Positions 28,429 through 41,709 of a stretch of 64,000 nt of DNA are shown piece after piece. Positions within the stretch are counted from its first letter, which is position 1; every line of letters starts with the position of its first letter. The notes under the pieces are model-generated. The model was not told the origin of the DNA. It searched no databases and saw only the letters and a program-made list of their open reading frames with translations. Source of the DNA: Octopus vulgaris (lineage: Eukaryota). The translations under genes and the position numbers were made by a program. The DNA is taken from assembly GCA_951406725.2 (NCBI GenBank), contig OX597831.1, positions 12,214,001-12,278,000 on the forward strand, in the 5' to 3' direction.

Positions 28429-29523
28429 CTTTTTAACTTTCAACCATTTCTGAGGTCAACAGAATGCATAAAATACAGGGACCAGTTTACATGACTAAAA
28501 CCACCAAAGGTGATGCCACAGCATGGCTGCAGTCTAATGAGTGAAACAGGTAACAAAAACCAAAAAGTATTTGATATATTATTTTATCTCTTTACGACAG
28601 ATTGAGTATTTCCTCTCTATGGTGGAACCTCAGTTTATGAATTTAATTTATTCCTGAAGGCTGTTTATTGCACGAAATGTTTGTAAACTGAAACTGCTTT
28701 GCTCATAGGAAATTCAAGAGAAGGTATGGCAAATTCGAGCTGGGATGTGCAGTGAGGGAATGCTAGACAGCAAATGACACTCTCCTATTGTTGCTTCCAT
28801 CTTGACACCAACCGTTGTTGCCTGCTTCCAAAGAAAATTTGGTCTTGTAGCCAATCAAAAGGAGTTATTATTGCCACAAAATATATAAATGATTAAATAA
28901 GAAAAAAGGAGGAAAAGAAACTCTTATTTCCATTATATAAAGAGAAATAAATAAATATTCAATAAGTAAATGCTATTGACGGTCCTAAACTGATAATGGT
29001 TTGTGAAATACAGTGTGAAATTTGCCTTGTAATAAAATAATACCTGAAAAATGGGGAACATCTTTTTTCCACACAGTGATGAAAATTGGTGGCTATTTAT
29101 TTATAACTCATCTACATAATAAGTGGATTTGATAAAAAAAAAATGCTTTGACTAAATCTAAGTCTTATTGTAATTACAGAAATAATGAATGAATATACTG
29201 AAGAGAAATGAGTATGTGAAATTATGAAGAAAATAGAGAAAAATCTTGTATGAGAAACAAAATTTCAATATTTCTTTAAATGAGTTCATTTCTAAACAAA
29301 CTGATGTCTCCAAGAGCTACATAGGCCTGTAGAGTTTCTTAGTTTACCATTGAGTAACATTAAGTAAATATAAGGCAAATCATTTCAACCTCTTGGAGAG
29401 GATTATCAGACTGGTATATGAAGCGTTGCTCAAAATTATTTTGAAATCTTGACACCAAAGTGAGGATGATAATGATAATAATAATAATAATAATAATGAT
29501 GATGATGATGATGATGATGATAA

Positions 29524-29725
29524 TAATCCTTTCTACTATAGGCACAAGGCCTTAAATTTGGGGGCTTGGGACTAGTTGAATACATTGACCTCAATGTTTC
29601 ACTGGTACTTAATGTATTGACCCCGAAAACTGACCTCAGTGGAATTTGAACTCAGAATGTAGCAACAGGTGAAATACTGCAAAGCATTTCGTCCAGTGTG
29701 CTAACGATTCTGCTAGCTCGCCACC

Positions 29726-29728
<3 letters not shown>
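29524..29728 (-). mobile_element. Nin-core SINE between (AAT)n tracts
   Basis: Reverse complement of the same head/core, with tail cttgtgcctatagtagaaagga(tta)n. Confidence 0.8.
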
Positions 29729-29763
<35 letters not shown>

Positions 29764-30729
29764 TATAAAACCATATTTCTGTTGAAATATTCTGCCTTTA
29801 TTTCAATTAATTTTGAAAAAAAACTAAAGAATTTAGTAAAATAATTTTGCCATTGGTGTTTAGAACAGAAATTAGCATAAAATTTTGATGGACGGTTTTA
29901 ATTTCATAATAGATCACTTTAAAACTGAAATTTTCTATCGCAGAACCAGAGGGTTAAACCATATGATATTAAGCTGCTTGGGAACGCTTCTGGCTTTATG
30001 ACTCAAACTTCTAGTCTAAATTAAGACCATCCATCAACATTTCCTGTTGATTTATGTTCTAAGTTGTTATGAAACAACAAAATTATTGCACTAAATTTTT
30101 CATTATTTTGAAAATAAATTGAAAGTAGGGGAGAGCAATTGAACAGAGATATGGTAACAAAAGTGTTAAGCTACCAAATTTTAACGCTATTTAAAATGAA
30201 TTATATCTGTCTTAAAAGCCCACATCTCTGATCAGCAAACACCTAAATCTCTGAGCTTATAGATAAAAGCAGGAGGTTTTGAGTGTATACATTTGAAGCC
30301 AATAACCTTTGACCTTTTTAAAATAAGAGGTACAGGAAGTAATCCCCTCAGATCTAATAACATTTCAGTAACACTTAAGGAACAAATGTGGGGCAGGAGA
30401 GAATCAGAAAAAAGTAAGAATAAGATTCTGACCATACATAAGTGCAGGTGTGGCTATATGGTAAGTAGCTCGCTTCTTAACTATATGGTTCTGCTATTAT
30501 AGCCTCAGACTGACCCGAAAGCAATGTGAGTGGATTTGGTAGATCGAAACTGGAAGAAGCCATCACATCAATGTGTGTGAGTGTGTGTGTGTTTGTCCCC
30601 CCTCACCACCACCACCACCTGACAACTGGTGGTGTGTTTACATCCCCATCACTTAGCGGTTCAGCAAAAGAGACTGGCAGAATAAGTACTAAGCTTAACA
30701 AAAATAAATTCTGGAGTCAATTCATTTGA

Positions 30730-31191
30730 ATTATAGACAGGGGTGCAAAAACATGTAATTGTAGAGCTCCTGAATTATGTCCACTTGCCAGCTTATGTTT
30801 ACACAAAAACGTAATCTATAAATGCACTGTGACTAGCGACAAACATCAAGCCAGAATATACATAGGAAACACTAAAGACTTCAAGAAACGATATAGAACA
30901 CATGTAAATTCTTTTGACAAGGTAAAGCATAAAAATTCAATGGCATTAGCCAGATATATACATGACTTAAAATTACAGAGCATTAATTATACATTGTCTT
31001 GGCCAATCATAGACGAGGCCCCATCTTACAATATGATTACTGGCAGATGTCAAATGTGTATAAAAGAATCATACACTATCCTTTGCATGTTTAATTCCAC
31101 TGTTTTAAATAAGTTCTTTGACATTATTCATTTGTGCAACCACAGATACTACTCAACTTTCAAGAGACGATTTAAATTTGAGCCCACTTAG
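30730..31191 (+). CDS. Penelope-like GIY-YIG endonuclease C-terminal fragment (transposon-derived, no start codon)
   Basis: Stop-free for 153 codons: CNCRAPELCPLASLCLHKNVIYKCTV...IYIGNTKDFKKRYRTH..SF...LARYIHDLK...W.II...CQMCIKE...LNK. The VIY/YIG motifs, conserved R, E and N, and the Cys clusters are typical of PLE endonucleases (Naiad-like pattern, from recall). Confidence 0.88.
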   Translation: MIDRGAKTCNCRAPELCPLASLCLHKNVIYKCTVTSDKHQARIYIGNTKDFKKRYRTHVNSFDKVKHKNSMALARYIHDLKLQSINYTLSWPIIDEAPSYNMITGRCQMCIKESYTILCMFNSTVLNKFFDIIHLCNHRYYSTFKRRFKFEPT

Positions 31192-31399
31192 CGTTAATTT
31201 CTGTTGCACAATAATATATTGCCAATACAAATATAAATTTTTAGAAAGAAAGTAAGCAATCTAATTTTACTCCCATCAGCCCTCATAAAAAACTTCCTTA
31301 ATTTACATAGCTATATCCGCTCTTCTATAAAAGCATCCAATTTTCACATACCTTTGTAAAGAAGTGAACGCATATCTAGAATAAACATCAATTTCCTTT

Positions 31400-31486
31400 T
31401 TCCCTGATGAAGGGGCATTCTCTGGAAATTAATCTTAAGATCCATCTGTTATTTGGCCAAATGAGCTCCAGAAACGATCGTTGGAA
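31400..31486 (+). ncRNA. Type I minimal hammerhead ribozyme of the Penelope-like element
   Basis: ttcc-CTGATGA(31404-31410)-a-ggggc...gctcc-a-GAAAC-gatc-GTT-ggaa. Stem I ttcc/ggaa, stem II ggggc/gctcc, palindromic stem III AACGATCGTT. Confidence 0.8.
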
Positions 31487-32294
31487 CACTGTATTTCTTC
31501 TTACATGTAACCCTAAACTCTTTTTAATGCCTATTACTATACCATATTCAAAATTTTTTTTAAAACGTTTTTTAATCTATATTCCACTATTATTTTTATC
31601 TATATTGTATTATTAATATGTTTATATATCTCTATGTCTCTGTATACTTTTAGTATTCATATATTTTTATATTTCTATATATTCTTTATACCTTTAATAC
31701 ATCAATATATGTTTCAGTTCAGGCAATCTTTATTTTATGTTAACTAAACCCGTAGACGTAGGTGTTAATCGTTGTCTGCCTGATTTGAACTTTTTCCATT
31801 CTGTCCACTATACTTATCTAACGGCTCAGGTTCAACTTAAGTACTTCTACACTTAGTTTCGTAGGAAAATTATAAATATATATAAATATATACACATATA
31901 CACACGCACTCACACACACACACGTGTATCAGTGTATCAGAGAGATTGTTGTTAGTGTTTGTTCCCTCACCACCAATTGACGAGTGTTATTTGTTCAACC
32001 AAAATTCTTCAAGACAATCTTCCCACATGGGACCCTTTTTGCCCAAAAGTTATGACCGACAGATAACATCAGCAATTTGAAAAAGCAATGGAAACATAAT
32101 TTTCTTTGTTTGATAAAAAGATCAATTGCCACAACACCATTGCTATAATTATATTACTAAAACTGCAAATTATGAGCTATACAAAAATACAATAATTGAT
32201 AATTACAACAATTAATAATAGTATAATTAATAATTATTATAACTGGTAATTAGTTGTAAGTATCTGCATGCTCATAGTTCTGCTTTCTCTTTAT

Positions 32295-32540
32295 TAGGGA
32301 AATTGTGCAAGGAGCATTGATTCAAGGGCAGGGCAGTTGTCCTATGAGGGAAATTATTCAAGGTTATTTGTCCTTTAGGAGTAATTGAGTAAGGCTAATC
32401 ATCCAGGGGCAATTTTCTGAGAGCTGTTGTCTTATGTAGAAAGTGGGGTCAATTTTCTGTGGGTAGTTGTCTTATGGGTGCAAATATCTGGAGGATAATT
32501 ATCAAGGGCCAATCATCTAAGTGCAGTTGTCCTTATACCA
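32295..32540. repeat. Degenerate ~15-bp tandem repeat (ggg.aattgtcc-like), probable DNA-transposon subterminal arm
   Basis: Recurrent ggcagttgtcc/gggaaatt/gttgtctta motifs ending ttgtccttatacc. Confidence 0.5.
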
Positions 32541-33999
32541 TTTGGAATATAACAAAAAAGCCTTATATAAAGTTATGATAGAAGATTTAGAATTTAAATC
32601 TGAACACTTTAAAAGAAGTTTCATATCACTGAACAAGAGATGGTCTCAGGTAGGAGCTGGTGTCAAAAGGGTTAAACGAAACAACAAAACACTAGAAACC
32701 ATTGAGAATTATAACAATGATGTTGGATATTTTTCATAAAAGGAAAACAACATCATTCAAAACAGTTAAACAGTTCAGTCATTCGGTTGGTGATTGTCAT
32801 TATTAAAGCAAAACAAAACTAAAAGAAAAGGCAAAAACCACTTTACAACGATGGCTAAATGAACATTTGCAGATAACACAGTAAACAAAAAAAGTGATGT
32901 GAAGGAAGATAGAAAGAGAAAGAAACTATCGATACTGGTTGAACTAGATAAAGGAAACTCAATTATTAAAATAAAGAAATGAATAGAAATATTTAGTGAA
33001 TATAACATCGATGGGAAAGAGGAAGTGAGAGAAATAAGAGATGGGTTAATACAAGAAATCTTAATAAAGACAATGAATTTAGCAATTTCAAAAACAGGAA
33101 TTCTTCTTTGAAACAATGGTTTATCTAAAAGAAGCTCCAGAATATTCAACAGAATATTAAATAATACTAAATAAGGATGATATAATGACTGACAAAAATT
33201 GAAATAAATATTTGGAAGACGTATGGAAACCATAACAAAAAAGGTATCGTGAATTAAAAAGGAGACAGAAAAGAGGGAGAAATTAAGAGTAGTCAGTTAC
33301 AAAATATATTCACTGGAGAAATAATCTTGGTATAAATGAAATAAAATATAAACTAGGAATTGCTTGCATTAAACTTTCAGCCAGAATACTTTACAGATAT
33401 AGACAAGGCCTTAGCAAGGGATCTCATCAGAATGCTGTAACAAAGAAATCTAATATTTGGCTATTTTAACCCTTTAACAGTGAGATTACTTGGTCAAATA
33501 TAATATTTATGTATTCACATTGCTTTGAATTAATCATGCATTAACTAATAGCTCTAAGATTTCAATGGTGTGAATGTTTGTTTTTAGAATGACCTTGTAG
33601 GGTAGGTGTGAGAGGCTGGATCTGGCCAGTTTCAATATAAAATGAGTAGAATATTTGGGACAGACGTGGGTGGGTAAAATGCTTAAGAACTTTTATCTCT
33701 GACACCCCAACTCTTAATACAGGAGCTTTATGTAGTCAGTCACTTTATCAGCTAATAATAACAAGTGAAATCATCCTTGAAACAACAATCTATCATTGTA
33801 ACATGAAAAAAGACAACAACAAAAAAACAAACATTTGGTGATACAGTTCTCCAAATACGATATTAAAGGAAAAACTGGAAAGATGGTCAAGGCCTGACTC
33901 TCTTTAATTATAGGTCTATCTGGTCAGGGGAAACAAAAAGGTAAACATTAGCAACAAAACATTAACTGTAGATCATTCATTTGTCTAGCAACATCATAT

Positions 34000-34460
34000 A
34001 AATAGTCAACTTCCATATTCTGACATTTTCGTATGCCAGTTAAAGTGCAAAATCTTACCAAAGAGGCAGGAGCTTATCTTGCTGAGAGATATATGGATAG
34101 AGGGGGTAAGTCCCTTATAAGTAAAAACCTTGCTAAGTTGTTGTCCCTTGTAAGAGAGTATGACCTGTAGCTTGTGCCATGCTTTTTTGCAGTTGTTTTA
34201 GGCGCCTGTGTTGCCATGAGCAGATATTGACACTCTCAGCCTTTTTGAGTCTTCAGTCAGTGGAACACTGAGAATGTGAGAGCTGGGGGGGGGGGAGTTA
34301 CACCAATAATCAGCTGGTACTCATTTTCAGTTGAGTAAACTGGAGCAGAGAGGAACTAAGTGCCTTGCTCAAGACATACAATCTGTTGCTCTATCCAGGA
34401 AATGAACTGATGACCTTACGTTCAGGATCCCAACAACTTAGCCATAGGCCACGTATCCTC
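34000..34460 (-). mobile_element. Older tRNA-derived SINE with CORE-like segment
   Basis: Minus strand gtggcctatggctaag...gttcatttcc...tgtcttgagcaaggcacttag...ctccagtttactcaactgaaaatgagtaccagc. Left boundary uncertain. Confidence 0.55.
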
Positions 34461-34699
34461 AATAAAAAAAAGGAATGGTAACATACAGTTGAAGTAGAGT
34501 GACAAACAGTAAACAGCCCATAATTGACTACCAAAATGCATTTGTAAACTAAAAGGAGTCCAAATAAATAGAATAAAACTAATAAAGGAACTAAGTTATC
34601 GATGGTGTAGAAAAGTAAATACTTTGGAGCAGAAGATATAAAACTAGCACAATTTCCAATAAGAATAAGAATTTTCTTGGGGGATTTGTTGTCTCTGTT

Positions 34700-35540
34700 G
34701 CTTTTTCATCAAATGGCTTTATTGAAGCAGCCAGCCTACATTTACATCTCTTGTAAACAGACAGCTTGAAAACTGTATGCAAGAGATGATAACTAATTAG
34801 AAGATTCACTATAAATAGTGTAAGGATTCAGTAGAGACATTTACATGGATATGGGACTTGAGACGTGTGTGAAAGCCATAAAAATAAAAAGAAACAGAAT
34901 TTAAAATAACAAAAAGGCAACAAGAGATATATAGATATCTAGAAATCAAAGTACTAAAGCAAGAACAGATATTAATAAATACTTAGGAATAAAGCAAGCA
35001 GGCGATATTCAGCAAACAGAAGTGAAGGAAGAAATTAAATGGAGAATACTGTAGTGGAACCACATTAGTATTACGAACATGACTAAACATAAAACAAAAT
35101 AGTAATAACAATAATAATTAGTGTAAACACACTGGCTAAACCATTAATTGGCTACAGTTTCAGTGAAAATAAATTGGAAAGTGAGTGCATGGAGCAAGAT
35201 AGACAAGAAAAGAAGGAAATTTATGATAGGATTTTAAATATATCACCATTCTAAATCTTACGTGGGCAGTACGTTCTTACCATTGAGATAGAGGTTTTAT
35301 TATAGGAGAAGTAAAAAAGAAACTAATATGAACAAACAATATAAACAGCAATGTTTTCTATACATATCAAGAAGAAAGGAGGCAAGTAGGTACAATAAAA
35401 TGATTGTTAGTATAGAGGTAACTGCAGGTAATGAGAGAACACTAGCCAAAGAAGTAAGAATATAATGATACATGAGACAAAAACTAAAAGATATAGGAAT
35501 TAAGTGAAAGAAAGGGGCAAATTAAACCTCAACATGGTTG
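34700..35540 (+). pseudogene. Decayed R4/Dong-like non-LTR reverse transcriptase region
   Basis: Broken frames give YMD, KYLGIKQAGDIQQTEVKEEI, VNTLAKPLIGYSF, IDKKRRKFM and HHSKS in the order expected for R4-clade RTs. Confidence 0.6.
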
Positions 35541-37100
35541 TCAGTATCTGGCAAAAGAGGATAAGGGGCCTGGTGTGAATATGAAAGTAAACCAAAATAA
35601 ACTTCCAGTACACAAGTCCAAGACCTTTATAACACTTGTAGTAGAGTTTATCCACAGAAAGCTACTTAATATATCACACTTGGTGGGAGACAGCTTGATG
35701 ACTGCTGCAGGGGTCTTCACTAACAACCTACCCATTGACTGTTCTTTCTGTTTTCTGCCCTCATTTCTTTGCAAGCCAGCACCTTCTCACTTTCATCCTT
35801 CTCCTACATAATAATGGTCAAGAGATCCTTCAACTCCTTCTTGAATAAATAACCTTACTGTAAACTCCATGATCTCTAAAGATGAATTTGAATCCTTGAT
35901 GTTGGTTTTCTACCAAGAGGAGGCTGAGAGAGGGTGGACCTCCTTTCATCTGGGTGTTTTCTGTTCAAGTGTTCTTTGTCCTCTTTTTGTTTCGACTATC
36001 TTCAACAATCTGTCACTTCTCTTAATTTTTCATTTCCTCATCATGACAAGACAATCAGATAATGCCACTCATTATGACAAGAGAGTCTGTTAGTTCTTGG
36101 GTCTGAGAGCAATACAATTTCTTTCACTGTTTTCAGATTCATTGCTGGTTATACTCGGAGAATCTTTGGTGCTCGCATCTTTGTTTCTCAACCTCCTCCT
36201 CCAGGCAGAAAGCTATAAAATAGCCTTTACTATCATACATCTAGCATCCAGGTTTTCTGCTCTGGAGCACCAGTCCCATGGCTTTTCTTTCAATACCCAC
36301 GACGAGACACAGTTCAAGAAAGGCTTGTGATTTTTGGATGTCAATAAGACTGGCATATCCAATGAAGACCCCCAAACCACAGATTGTTCCTAATTAATTT
36401 GGTGCTTATCATCTTCCTGTGTCCAGTCACAAAATGATGAGGAACCAAAAGTCAAAATCACTGCCAACCATCCCCTACCACGACTCCCGCATTATGGCAT
36501 GAGCCACTGGGTAAGGATCTGATATATACTACTTTGCTTTACTTTCTTTTGACCCATTCTTTCACTGGGTACCTCTCTCATATGCTTTTTTTTTTGCCCA
36601 GGAGTTAGTCTATATTATGTGACTCTCTTAGACTAGAAATGCTGGCAAAACTGTATTATCACTACTAACCTTATAAACAATATAACATTTATTTTGCTTG
36701 TTAAAGTTTGAATGGTTGCTGTTTTTGATTTTTCAATGTAGTGAATATTCTTCTTAAGTTTTTTCTTAAAATTTTGTTATTTTTTTACAAAGATTTCTTT
36801 GTGGGTGTGATTCATGCTGTCAGGTTTATAATAATTATCTCTGTCATCTAGACATAGATGAAACCGCCTTCAATGATAAGTAAATAAACAGATTCTTCAA
36901 AAATTGAATAAATTCTTAAAAGATCGTTCATTCATCTTGAGATAATGTCTTTAAAAAATCCTCCAAAATTCCATAAGGCCATAGTTTACAAATAATCCAA
37001 AAGAAAATATTTTTCATTTAATGAATCAAAGCAAAATCTAAAAACATGGCAAAGCAGTAAAACACAACAAGCCACAACAACTAATAACAGTAAGGATAAG

Positions 37101-37718
37101 AATCCTTTCTATTATAGGCACAAGGCCTGAAATTCGTGGGGCGGATGACAGTCGATTACATCAACCCCAGTACTTGACTGGTACTTAATTTATCGACCCC
37201 AAAAGGATGAAAGGCAAAGTTGACCTTAGTGGAATTTGAACTCAGAATGTAGCAGCGATTCTGCCAGCTCACCACCTTAATAATAATAATAATAATCTTT
37301 TCTACTCTAGGCACAAGGCCTGAAATTTTGGGGGAGAGGGCCAGTCGATTAGATTGACCTCAGAACGCAACTGGTACTTAATTTATCAACCCTGAAAGGA
37401 TGAAAGGCAAAGTTGACCTCGGCAGAATTTGAACTCAGAATGTAAAGACAGATGAAATACTGCTAAGCATTTCACCCATCACGCTAATAATTCTGCCAGC
37501 TCGCCACCTTAATAATAATAATAATGATAATAACAACAACAACAATCCTTTCTAGTACAGGTACAAAGCCTGAAAATTGGTGGAGAGGGGGATAGTTGTT
37601 CAACTGGTACTTATTTCATCAGCCCAAAGGATAGAAGGCAAATGCAATCTTGCTAGAATTTGAACACAGAACGTTAAGATAAATGAAATGCCACTAAGCA
37701 TTTTGTCTACTTTGCTAA
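37101..37718 (-). mobile_element. Head-to-tail array of three Nin-core SINEs joined by (AAT)n
   Basis: Three repeats of atcctttct...cacaaggcctgaaatt...actggtactt...aatttgaac.cagaa separated by aataat runs. Confidence 0.8.
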
Positions 37719-38236
37719 TGATGATGATGATGATGATGACAACAATGGTTTCTATGACAATGATGATGACAACATTTATGAAAATTGATGTAACTCTTCA
37801 TGCAGGCAGATATAAAATAAGAAGAGTGCAACACAGTTTGTAATAAATAGAGATTGACTTTGTTTATTGAACTGAACAATATTTCAACTGTCTTTCTATC
37901 TTCTTAAGCTTCAAATTGAAAAAAGAAAAAAAGGTCAGATATACAGAAATTCAAAATCTGGACTAGAATACTCCGGGATAACTGGTTACCAGTTATGTAA
38001 AAGTGAAAATAGATAACAATCATTTTTTTTTTGTTTCTAAAAAAGGAATATGAAATATTCCAGTTCAAATCATGAATTTCTGTATATTTTACGTTTTTCA
38101 TTTTAAACCTGAGAAAGACAGACATATTGTTGAAATATTGCTCAATTCAATAACCAGACTCAATCTCTGTTTATTACAAATTGTATCACACTCTTACTGT
38201 TATGTAATGATGATGATGATAATAATAATAATAATG

Positions 38237-38282
<46 letters not shown>

Positions 38283-38286
38283 GGAT

Positions 38287-38740
38287 AATCCTTTCTACAA
38301 TAGGCACAAGGCCTGACATTTTGGGGTGGGGGATAGTTGATTACATTGACCCCAGTACGCAACTGGTACTTAATTTATTGACCCCGAAAGGATGAAAAAG
38401 AAAATTGACCTCAGTGGAATTGGAACTCAGAGTGTAGTGGCAGACAAAATACCGCTAAGCATTTCACCCGGCGTGCTAAAGATTCTGCCAGCTTGCAGCC
38501 TAATGATAGTAGTAATAATAATGACTTCAAATTTTGGCACAAGACCAGCAATTCTGGGGGAGGGGTAAGTCGCTTATCATCAAAACCAGTGCTCAATTGG
38601 TACTTATTATACTGACCCCAAGAATGCAAAAAAGTAGACTCAATTTCAATAGAATTTGAACTTAGAAAGTTGAAGATGGATGAAATACTGCTAAGCATTT
38701 TTGCCCAGCAGCCTAACAATTCAACCAACTCACCACCTTA
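38287..38740 (-). mobile_element. Two tandem Nin-core SINEs within AAT/CTA microsatellites
   Basis: Same head/core, with two different 3' tails. Confidence 0.75.
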
Positions 38741-38752
38741 CTACTACTACTG

Positions 38753-38823
<71 letters not shown>

Positions 38824-38865
38824 TTCTTATATAAAGTACGACACCAATAATTTGAGGGAGAGAAA

Positions 38866-38971
<106 letters not shown>

Positions 38972-39689
38972 TAACTTATATAAAGTACGACACCAATAAT
39001 TTGAGGGAGAGAAATGCTCCTCGATATCAACCCCAGTATTTGACTCGTACCATATTTTATAATCTCTGGAAAGTCACAATTCAATATTTGCTACCCGCAC
39101 GACCATTTTCACCAGTGTCACAGTACCAGAGCTTGCATCTGCAGTTTCCATGCATGCTGCAGCTCTCCTCTACTTGACCAAGCTTTGTGAAGCTGCTGAC
39201 TAACACCACCTTCTGCTGCATGATACTCAATTAGAGGAGGTAAATTACACACATCTGAAGAGGTTAACAAAATTAAATGGATGCCAATGAGAGATTGCTG
39301 TAAAAACCTACAGGTCACGGTTGAAAGTTGTTGTTGCTTAGTTTCAATTGGCACTGACCAAACAGACCTATTGTCAAAAGCATTCCAGTCGTGACCATCC
39401 AGACTTTTATTCAAATATAGTGTAGCTTGGACTACATTATCCAACATGGTTTGAGAGAGATTTGATAGCAATTCTTAGCGATATGAGGAACTAGAGAGAG
39501 ATCTTCTAAGCTGAAGCTAGCAGAAGCAGAGAGAAAAGCCTGGCAGGGCATGTGCTGACAACTGGAATGCATTCAGGTGTTCCATATTCATGGAGATCAG
39601 AATTGCTGAAAGATAGCATCAAAGATGAGTAGATATATTGAACGTAAGATGATAAAATGAATAATACTGAAAAAGAAGTATGGATGGAC

Positions 39690-39969
39690 AAAACAATATT
39701 AAATGTCTATTACTGGTTAAACTACTGCACTAAAGTGGTTTTGGATACAGCGGTTTATGAGACAGCTATGAACCACATTTATACGTGGATATTCTTTACA
39801 ACTTCTTGCTTAAAGTAATAACAACTTTGTCTATTCACTTAGTAGAGATGCTTGATGAAAATGGGAGTAGATAAATGTGCAAATATCACCCTGAAGAAGG
39901 GGAAAACATATGACATGATACATGGTTAAATAAAGATAGTGAAATCAAAGATTAGATCAAAGTCAGCCC

Positions 39970-40010
<41 letters not shown>

Positions 40011-40300
40011 ACTAAGCAGGTCTTGGATACAACGTCATTCAAGAAAAAAGTAAAAAATTCAAGCAAGAAATTTATGTACTTAAGATAGAATAAATGCCAA
40101 GAATAAAAGAGATGAGTGTTAACCTATTAACTATATTAATAATAAGTTATACTTTTAATGTAATAAATTGCAATATCAATACATGACAGTGGTAAGAGAG
40201 CGTAAAAGGGGAAAAAAAAGCAGATGAAAATAATGACATACAAAAATCACCACCCAAAAGCAGGCACTAACAAATTATATTATCGTGGGTAAAAGAAATA
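39690..40300 (+). pseudogene. Decayed R4/Dong-like RT fragment
   Basis: MGVDKCANITLKKGK (GLDKCA-like motif) and NHHPKAGTNKLY (HHPKAD..RLY-like motif). Confidence 0.55.
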
Positions 40301-40352
40301 GATTTCTACCTTTAGAAATTTATTATAAGATAGCTATTGTAAGTTAAGTATA

Positions 40353-40391
<39 letters not shown>

Positions 40392-40945
40392 GGAGAGAGA
40401 GAGAGAGAGAGTAGGAATAGCCACAAGTTAATGCTGATAACCAGGGAACACAAAAATGTAAGAAATATCCTGTATTTTGTGAGAGACAAACAATAAAAAG
40501 ACAAATATTTCTACAACACTCCAGAACACCATGACACCCACAGTCATGGTAAAGCCTATCTGGTTCAGAAGCTTATTGCATAATCAAGTGGATTCGGGTT
40601 CATTAGCTTGGGGGCCAACCAAAGCCATGCGAGTTGATTTGGTACACAGAAACTGAAAGAAGCCCATGACGTATACATACATGTATACACACTTTTCTGT
40701 GAGTGTATGTGTGTGTTCCTACCTGTCTTGACATCACCTGATGGTTCTAAATGAGTATTACTGTCATGCAGGTGGTGTCACTTGTTCCCCATCCCTGGTG
40801 AAATGTTTGGCTATGAAGAGACATTACCTTATTTGGAAACATCTGAGAGTGTTAGTGACATGAAAGGAATCTGGCTGTGGGAAATCTTCCTCAATAAAAT
40901 CTGTCTGACCAATACAAGCATGTAAAAAGCAAATGATAAATCAAA

Positions 40946-41662
40946 AGTGGCTTCCATGCTGGTGGCACGTAAAAAGCACCATCCGAACGTGAACAATGCC
41001 AGTGCCTCCTGACTGGCCCCCCGTGCCAGTGACACATAAAAAGCACTATCCGAACGTGAACAATGCCAGTGCCTCCTGACTGGCCCCCCGTGCCAGTGAC
41101 ACATAAAAAGCACTATCCGAACGTGAACAATGCCAGTGCCTCCTGACTGGCCCCCCGTGCCAGTGACACATAAAAAGCACCATCCGAACGTGAACAATGC
41201 CAGTGCCTCCTGACTGGCCCCCGTGCCAGTGACACATAAAAGCACCATCCGAACGTGAACAATGCCAGTGCCTCCTGACTGGCCCCCGTGCCAGTGACAC
41301 ATAAAAGCACCATCCGAACGTGAACAATGCCAGTGCCTCCTGACTGGCCCCCCGTGCCAGTGACACATAAAAAGCACTATCCGAACGTGAACAATGCCAG
41401 TGCCTCCTGACTGGCCCCCCCGTGCCAGTGACACATAAAAAGCACTATCCGAACGTGATTGATGCCAGGCCCCGCCTGACTGGCTCCTGTGCTGGTGGCA
41501 CGTAAAAAGCACCTACTACACTCACGGAGTGGTTGGTGTTAGGAAGAGCCTCCACCTGTAGAAACATTGCCAGATCAGATTGGAGCCTGGTGCAGCCTTC
41601 TGGCTTCCCAGTCCCCAGTCAAACCGTCCAACCCATGCCAGCATGGAAAGCAGATGTTATAC

Positions 41663-41695
<33 letters not shown>
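40946..41695 (+). mobile_element. RTE-type 3' UTR fragment with expanded internal tandem repeat
   Basis: Same 3' end as 49540-49708, with (GAT)n tail. Confidence 0.8.
40971..41512 (+). repeat. Minisatellite, 8 copies of a 65-68-bp unit
   Basis: atccgaacgtga starts at 40981, 41048, 41115, 41182, 41247, 41312, 41379 and 41447. Units are near-identical apart from C-run and A-run length and one C/T. Confidence 0.95.
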
Positions 41696-41709
41696 ATATA
41701 TTCTTTTAA

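Larger units (their letters stand above)
30730..31875 (+). mobile_element. 5'-truncated Penelope-like element (GIY-YIG end plus 3' terminal repeat with HHR), inserted in a SINE
   Basis: GIY-YIG ORF followed by an HHR and an AT-rich tail. It interrupts the tRNA-SINE starting near 30443, whose tail-like sequence reappears near 31940-32030. Right boundary approximate. Confidence 0.85.

Noticed and set aside
39118-39254. Exon-like frame DVCNLPPLIEYH...LVL*
   Set aside because: Needs phase 1. In the DGK phase it stops after 7 codons, and it has no recognisable homology.
40829-41512. 227-aa repetitive ORF and CRISPR-like periodicity
   Set aside because: The ORF is a translation of the minisatellite. 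Units have no unique spacers, the context is eukaryotic and there are no cas genes.
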